Assembly: GCA_013239625.1 (NCBI GenBank)
Contig: MU053934.1
Location: 4,792,399 to 4,856,398, forward strand
Direction: 5' to 3'
DNA length: 64,000 bases
From: Lama guanicoe
Taxonomy: Eukaryota
Positions within the stretch are counted from its first letter, which is position 1. Each line of letters opens with the position of its first letter. The translations under genes and the position numbers were made by a program. The notes beneath the pieces were generated by a model. That model did no database searches. It was not told the origin of the DNA and saw only the letters and a program-made list of their open reading frames with translations. This document shows positions 57,199 to 64,000 of this stretch, piece by piece.

Positions 57199-60100
57199 GG
57201 GCCGCCGGGCATTCTTTACCTCAGGAGCCAGGGGGCAGACAGCAATACTTTGTCCACGACCTGGGCACCGCGCCGCGGGCCAGCGCCAGGCCGCCGCCGG
57301 GGCGGGTGGAGCAGGGTCCCGGTGCCCGAGGCTCAGATGGCCCAGTGTGGTCCTGCCCGTGCATATACGTATATACATATGCATATACATAGAGAGAGAC
57401 AGACATATATATATATTTATTTTTTTTACTGAGAGCTTATGACTTCCAGAAAGTGCTGAAGTTGGGGAGTGTGGGTCAGAGCCCAGGCAGGGCTTTTGCC
57501 TGATGCTTGAGATCCAGGCCAGACGGTCCTGCTGGGGCATTGGCAGCCTTGATTTCTGGTGTCTTCTCCCAGGGCTGAGCGTAGCTTGGAGAGGGCTCTC
57601 AGGTCTCTGAGGGTCCCGTGGCTGGGGAGACTGGCCCAGAAGAAGAGGTGGAATTCAGGGTGCATTTTTTTCCTTTAAAGAAGAAACGCTGCTAAGATCC
57701 CGCCCCTCCACATGTCGGGGTGTCTGTCTTGTCCTGACCGCCTAGTTGTTGTGAACAGTCTTTTGTAGACGCCCCAGAGCACACAAACTCTCTTAGTCAA
57801 CCAGTTAGATGTCTTTCTTAGAAAAACCAGGGGTGAGTAGTCATATTTTTTAGGGCAGGGGTCGGGGTGGAGCGGGGCTCCGTGGCTGGGCAGAGGGCTT
57901 GGCCTCAGGTGAGGTCCCAGCCCCAGTGGCTTTGCCCCAGGGAGACTGAGAGCAGCAAGGCTGCAGGCGAGAGAGGAAAAGCGGAGGGCACGGAGCAGAT
58001 GAGGCCCTTGGAAGTCAAGGGAACCTGCCTGCTCTGGGCAGGCCGAGCTGCCACGGGGCTCCTGGGCTCCAGTCAGTGGCATGGTTACTTATTGCCTTTT
58101 ACCCCCAGCTGGACCCTGAGCCACAGCCGTTTCAGGAGGTCACTCCCAACCCACTGTCCCCTGAGCAATTCTGCCTCCCGCCCCCGCCCCCATGGGTTTC
58201 AGGGTGAAGGAGATCTGACAGGACTGAAAGCTGGGGTGGGGGTACCTGCCTGGGCCCTGGGACCAGCCCCGATCCCAGCACCTTCACACGCCCATCTGAA
58301 GACCCACATTCTCCCTCCTCCTCCGCTGCCTGTCTCTGGGTCTCTGTTTCATCCTCCGTCCCCCCACCGCCACTTTCCCAAAGCTGCAGTGCTTCCCAAA
58401 TAGGTCCACAGACTTGTATCTTTTATTTAAAAAGTTATGCATTTATTTCAGTATTTATTAGGAAAAAAACCAATACATTGAATCTGTGATTTTGCAGACA
58501 TACTGCTTAGGTCAAGGCGAGCGAATGGACTTGGAGTCAGTTTGAGGAAGAGGGCTGAGGGCGTGGTGGTAGAGGGGTCTGCTGACACGCAGAGGTCGTG
58601 GAGTGGGAAAGGCCGCAGGTCAGGGCTTTGTGCTTCAGCAATAACCGGGCCCTTCGCCTATGTGAGAGCTTCTTAATGGCTTCGGCTGGGTGCCGCTGAG
58701 GGGCTCTTGTCCTTGTTCCCAAAACCTGACCTTAAAAAACTTGGCTTTCAGCTGGACCGGCAAGTTGGGGGCAGGGTGTGGTGTGCTTGACAGGTTCCGT
58801 GTGTTTTCGGGGTGGCGTAGAGACACCTGGGGCCTGGGCACTGTGCAAAGGGAGGAGGTAATGAGGGACACAAGCTTCATGGCCTGCAAAGCCTTTTCCC
58901 AAAAGCTGGTGAGTGGTCGGGAAAGAGTTATCAGGCCCACTTTACATGTGAGGGAACTGCGGCCAGATAGGTGAAGGGCCACCCCAAGGTCCCCCAGGGC
59001 CCGGGCAGCAGAGGCTGCGGCACCGTGGGAGACCAGCACTGATTTCCTAGAATGTGAAACCGCGACTCCACATTTCACAGCAGGTGGATTCAGAAAGCAC
59101 AGCCCAGCTGCGGGCCTCTGCTGGCGCGGGGAGCTGGGCAGACCTGGAGGTCAGACCCGGATTTGCCCCGAGCCTCTCTGGAGTCTCCCTCTCCTCACAG
59201 GCAGAAGGGCAGAGGGTGGGGTCACTGTGAGGACATACAAGGTGATGCCCAGATGCTGTGCTTCCTCCCAGGAGGGCAACCTCCAGGGTGAGGGGTGGGC
59301 TGGGCCAGGGGTCATGTCCCTTCCCACCCCCAGTGGCCCCTGGGCTCCCTGGGGAGGCTGGGCCCATATTCCAAGCTGCCCGCTCCAGAGGGCCTTGCGC
59401 TGGCCTCCCCCGCTGTGCTGACTGTTTCTTCTCCGGGCGCTTGTCTGCGGGAAGAAGAGGGCACAGGCAGCTTGCCTGGCTCTGCCTCGCCTGCCCGCCC
59501 TGCACCACGTCGCCCCGAGCAGTCACAGGTGGAGTGAGACAGCACACATGAGCTGCGCACAACAGCGTGTTCCTGGAGCGATGTGTGTGCAAGGGCCCAG
59601 AAGACAGCCAGTGGGATCTGGGGGGACCATATGGAGGGTGGATTGGGGTTCAAGGGGATGGCATCTGACACTGGTCAGCAGCTTCCATTTTCTGGGCTTG
59701 AGTGTCATCTGTTTACTCTGCACAGTGGCCCTGAGCCGTGTGCACTGCTGCTCCACGCACAGACCAGGGAAGTGGCTATCCTGGTGTCACCAGGTTGTAA
59801 GTGGCTGGGCCAGGAACACATCCTGGGCATGTCTGGCACAAAGCCGTCCTTTTACCCTGAACTGTGTGACCCCAGGACAAGCAGACACATAGGAAGTGTG
59901 GTCCAAGCCAAGGGACTGGCCTGAGTGATTTTGCAAGGGCTGAACAGAGCAGGGTGTGTCTGGAGGTGGGAATAGCTGAGCACATAAGAGAGCTTTGCCT
60001 GGGGGAGTCGTGGAGATGGAGATGGAGCTGGTTCCCAGAGGGCCTCAAATGGTGATCCCAGGCGCATGGCTTGTTCCTATGAGCAATAGGAGATGGGGGA

Positions 60101-60733
60101 CCAGGGAGGCTGTGATTGGCTGGCCAGGATAAGCCAAAAAGTTTAAGGTTGGGTGAATGGCCCCTCTGCCCTCCCTGATCCTGTGGCCTGCCCATCACAA
60201 AAGCACAAACTTACCCTAACCCACATGGCCTGGCCCTGGGGAGAGAGGGGACCCAGGTGCTGGACCCAAGCTGTTTGCAGACCTCTGCTGAGTGGTGGCT
60301 GGTGGACATGTCAAGGCCTGTACAGAGGAACCCAAGACAGATAGGACATGGCCTATCCCGGCCAAACCCTTTTCCTGTCCCCTGCCTGGCCTTCTCCTGC
60401 ACCAGGCAGCCCCCTAAAGGAGGACGAAATGTGCACAGTATCAGCCTGTCTGCCTGTCTTCCCCCCAGATCCTCCCCCCGGAGCTTTCTGTTTCCAGGGC
60501 CACCCCTGGCCCCCTTTGCTGCGCTGTGTAAGGGCTTGGGGTCTTAGAAGCCGCTGTTTAGCCCAGATACACATACTCTTTTTGTCTTTGTGCAATAATC
60601 AGTGTTCCTGGCAGACCTGGGCCAAGCTGGGGTCTGGGGAGGAGGCAGAGGCTGCCGCTTCCTGGAAGCCCTCGGCCCAGCCCTGCTGCTGTGACTTTCA
60701 CACTCCCAGTCACTGTACAGTTTCTATGGTGTG

Positions 60734-60739
60734 AATAAA
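60734..60739 (+). terminator. Polyadenylation signal AATAAA (proximal)
   Basis: gtgAATAAAc, with TGTA just upstream at ~60714. Confidence 0.55.
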
Positions 60740-60832
60740 CTTCCCTCCTAGCTGCTGATGGCACTGGTACCTGATGGCCCAGATGGCCCGGGATAGAGAA
60801 ACCAAGTGGCAGCCGCCACCAGTGTTGTTTTG

Positions 60833-60838
60833 AATAAA
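60833..60838 (+). terminator. Polyadenylation signal AATAAA (distal)
   Basis: U-rich sequence upstream; GU-rich element tgtgtctgtgctgttcttt ~30 nt downstream. Confidence 0.75.
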
Positions 60839-61169
60839 ACCCAGACGCCTATTTCAGAATTTCTCCATGTGTCTGTGCTGTTCTTTCCCCAATGGGGTGG
60901 GTGTTGATCTGCGGGGGCTTCCCAGGCAGTGGGGTGGTGATGTGTTCATCTTGTCCAGGTTGTGGTGTCTGGGGTGTCTGGGACCTAGAGACACTCATGG
61001 AAGGGTCCCCTCATGGCTGGGGTATTGTGGCCTGCTGGGCTGAGGAGGAAGCAGATCTGGTCTCACACTCTGGTTCTGTAGATAGGATGCTGGACCTGGG
61101 TGAGAGGGTCACAAGGGAGTAATAATCTGTTTACCTTTGGCACTGTTTCCTGAAATCATACTATGGATA

Positions 61170-61660
61170 TTATCAGGACTCTTGGCTGCAAAGGACAAAA
61201 ACCCAACTCAAATGAGTTTAAGAATAAAAGAAAGAGTCAGAAGTGAGGAAAGTAAGGGAGGAAGGAAAGAGAGAAACAAGAAGGAATAATCTAGTGACTC
61301 AAGTAGCTAAAAAGCCCAGAGGTAGGTAGGCTTCAGGTACAGTTGGATCAAGGGCTCCAACTATGTCACTAAGATGCAGTTTATCTTCACTTCTTGGCCC
61401 TGCACCCTTCTATGCTTGCTTTTCTCCTCTCCTAGTGGCCACCAGCAGCTCAGGCTTCAGGCCTGTCTGCCCACGCCCAGATAAAGGAGAGCTTCTCTCC
61501 CTGACAACCTGGCAAAGTTCATGGACTCTCATAGGTTGACTGGGGTACATGCCATGCTCTGATTGGCCAGGTCGGAACTCTGGCATCCAGGGATGGAGAT
61601 GACCTGCACCACGGCCTGAGAGCAGGAAAGGGAGAAACTGCCAAGCAGAACAGTTGTGCA
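61170..61660 (-). mobile_element. MLT1 (ERVL-MaLR) solo LTR remnant downstream of the gene
   Basis: ggactcttggctgcaaaggacaaaaacccaactcaa...gcttcaggtacagttggatcaagggctc...ctgattggccagg. Confidence 0.7.
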
Positions 61661-63138
61661 CTTGTTGGAAGGAGGGGGTGAAGGCTGGGTGTGCAGCAAA
61701 ACCTGGGGTGCCTCCCCTCAGGCTCAGCCCCCTGTGGCTTTGTCCCTGGGAAGGGCGCTCTCATCACTGCCCTTCAGATGAGGCAAGGGGCCCAGAGAGG
61801 TCCAGAGACTGGTCACCGGGTTGTCAACAGGCTGTGGGAGCAGAAAAGCCAAGCTGGTGGCTAGAGGGCCTCCCACCAGCCTCATCTGGGCCTCCCATCC
61901 CCCTCATGTGTGCTCTCTGCCCTCCTCAGGGGCTGACCGAGGCCTTGGCATGGCTGGGGCAGATCGCTGTCCCCCAACACCTGTCCCTACCTGGAAACCT
62001 GGGCCCTAGCCTCGACCTCTCCCTCACTAGGGATCCAGGGCCTGAATGGGCTCACCTCAGGCTTGCTTCCCTCCCGCTCCCCAACCCAAGCACCTCCTCA
62101 TCCAAACATCTTCATCCCCTCCCAGGTCTCCCTGCTGAACCCCAAGGACACATCCTGTGGTCCCCACAGCTCACCCCACTGGGCCCTTTAGAGGCGACTG
62201 TCACTAGGACCATCCCTCCTTCTGGAACTCTCTCCTCCCTCCCAGCCCCCAGCCTCTCCCTGCCTCCTTGTTCTCAGAGGACACTTGGAGCCAAGCCCGT
62301 CCTTGTCACCCTTTCCAGGCCTCGTCAGCCTCTCGCTCTGTGGACCACCCATGTGCTGCCAACCCCATGCTAACTCCAACCCTTCAGGTCTCAGCTCAAG
62401 TGCCACTTCTTCCAGGAAGCCTTCCTGACTGACCCATGTCTTGGTCCCACAGCTTCCACTTCTCCTTCCACACCAACTCTTCCTCCTGATGTCATTGTCT
62501 GTTTCCTGAGTTCCCATCACGCTGAATCAGTTGGAAGACAGCGACCATAGTCCCTCTTCCCAGCCCAGAGCCTGCTGCTGGGCTGAGCCTCAGGAAATGT
62601 CAGCTACATGTCTATGTTTTAGAAGCAGAAGGAATTTTTAAGATGAACTAAGCTCTTCCCTCATTTCTCTATGGCAGGAAACAGAGAGGCGGCATGGTGT
62701 GCACTGGGTCACACAAGGAGGTGGTGCCAGGGGTGACTGTGACCCGCACTGCCCCTTCACGGCTGCCATGGAGCTAGCGTCCAGCTCTCCCACTGAGGCC
62801 CCTGGGCCCCTGGGGAGCAGGGCCAAGCTTTGTTTTCCTATCCCTTACCCGTTAATAATGGGATTAAAAGCAAGTTGCTGCCAAGGAGAAAGACTGACTT
62901 AAAAAAAAAACAACCAAGAACATTTTAAGAGAATGAAGAACTTGAGCCATCAGCACTTTTTATTTAGACCTGAATTCATGAATTTTAACCAAATAAACCC
63001 TGTCATGTTAGGTATTAATATATGTACGATTATGCAAAACCACTATTATAGCTGTAATGAAAATTACATTCTGACTCGGAGGTGGCATTCCAGGAGGGCG
63101 GCGTCCTCTTGTTTCTAGCACTGTGACCTCAGATTGCC

Positions 63139-63152
63139 GTTGCCATGGTAAC
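63139..63152. promoter_or_regulatory. RFX X-box motif
   Basis: GTTGCCATGGTAAC matches the consensus GTTRCCATGGYAAC. Confidence 0.65.
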
Positions 63153-63711
63153 GGGGCTGCCGTGGGAATCTGTGGACAGGAGGCTGGTCCTGTGGGAGGG
63201 GTGGCCAGCAGGCCCGGGCTGGGCTAGTGCAGCCCAGCAGGCCCCACATCCGGGCGAGACCCGGGCAGCTGTGTCCCCTGGGCAGCCCTGAGCCTCACAG
63301 GAGAGGGTACAAGTCACCAGGGGGAGGGGTGCAGTGGGCAAAACCAAGTGCACAACCACAACGCCCCCAAGTTACTCACATGCTCTCATTCCTCTCCCTG
63401 GTGGCCCCTCCCTTCCATCTTTCAATGGATATTTGTTGAGCACCTACTGTGTGCTAGGGTACAGCAGCGACAGGTCCCTGCCTCTCAGGGCAAGGGACAG
63501 ATAATAAACAGCAAACAGACACACAGGTGCAGTTGTTTTAGAGCCTGCAAGTGCTGGGAAGGCTGTGGGCCAGGTGATGAGGCAGAGAGTGACTGAAGAC
63601 CCTTCCACCCTGGAGGGTTGGAGAGGCCTCTCTGGGGAGGAGTCGTTTGCACCAGGGCGTGGGGGACAAGAGGTAGACAGCCACGCAAAGGCACCGGCGA
63701 CCCCCCAGAGA

Positions 63712-63893
63712 GGAGGGCTGACGGAAAAAATTCATGATGCGCGGTTAACTCTGAATTTAAGATAAAGATAAACCACAAATAATTTTTGAGCATATGCAGG
63801 TCCCACACAATATTTTGGGCCTACTTACACTATAAAGTTAACTGTGGTTTGTCTGAAGTTCAGATTCTTATTTGCTAAATGTGCCACACCTAT
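63712..63893. mobile_element. MER53-like palindromic hAT MITE
   Basis: tctgaatttaagataaa...aataatttttgagcata...tacttacactataaagtt...tgtctgaagttcaga...atttgctaaatgtg. Confidence 0.7.
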
Positions 63894-64000
63894 CGGAGAG
63901 TGGAGGTGACTGGCCCAGGTCTTGAGCAGCAGAGCTGAGCCCACACCCTGGCGGCAGTCTCCCTGCCAGTCTCTCCCCTGCAAACTGTTTTCACTCTGAG

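Larger units (their letters stand above)
57199..60860 (+). other. CACNA1I: CACNA1I 3' UTR (end approximate)
   Basis: Runs from the stop codon to tandem AATAAA signals with no obvious interspersed repeats; LTR-like sequence resumes after ~61170. Confidence 0.75.

Noticed and set aside
56314..57540. 408-aa and 280-aa antisense ORFs
   Set aside because: Shadows of the very GC-rich terminal exon; low-complexity translation with no recognisable domain.
1..64000. A novel gene, nested RNA gene or new multi-gene system
   Set aside because: All convincing coding sequence belongs to CACNA1I. I recognised no tRNA, snoRNA or retrocopy; an Rfam/BLAST search would be needed to exclude small RNAs.

Overview
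Mammalian genomic DNA containing the 3' part of CACNA1I (Cav3.3 T-type calcium channel alpha-1I subunit) on the + strand. I found no Alu, B1/B2, Bov-tA, Can-SINE or PRE1 elements, so it is probably a non-primate, non-rodent placental; the species is undetermined. The window opens in the intron before the exon equivalent to human exon 5. I traced 32 coding exons (9528-57198, 5993 nt in total, phases consistent at every junction) through all four pore loops (EEDD filter) to the stop codon at 57196-57198. A ~3.6 kb 3' UTR follows, ending at tandem AATAAA signals. Exon numbers follow the human gene from memory, with human cassette exon 9 skipped. Introns hold old repeats (MIR, L2, L1, MLT1, Tigger1, hAT MITEs) and several motif-dense candidate enhancers. 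I see no new gene or new biological system; nearly all listed ORFs are GC-rich artefacts or exon read-throughs. The best leads are splicing and post-transcriptional features: a GC-AG intron, a disabled MIR-derived orthologue of human exon 9, a ~410-nt AG-exclusion zone, candidate poison or cryptic exons, and four miR-137 seed matches in the 3' UTR.
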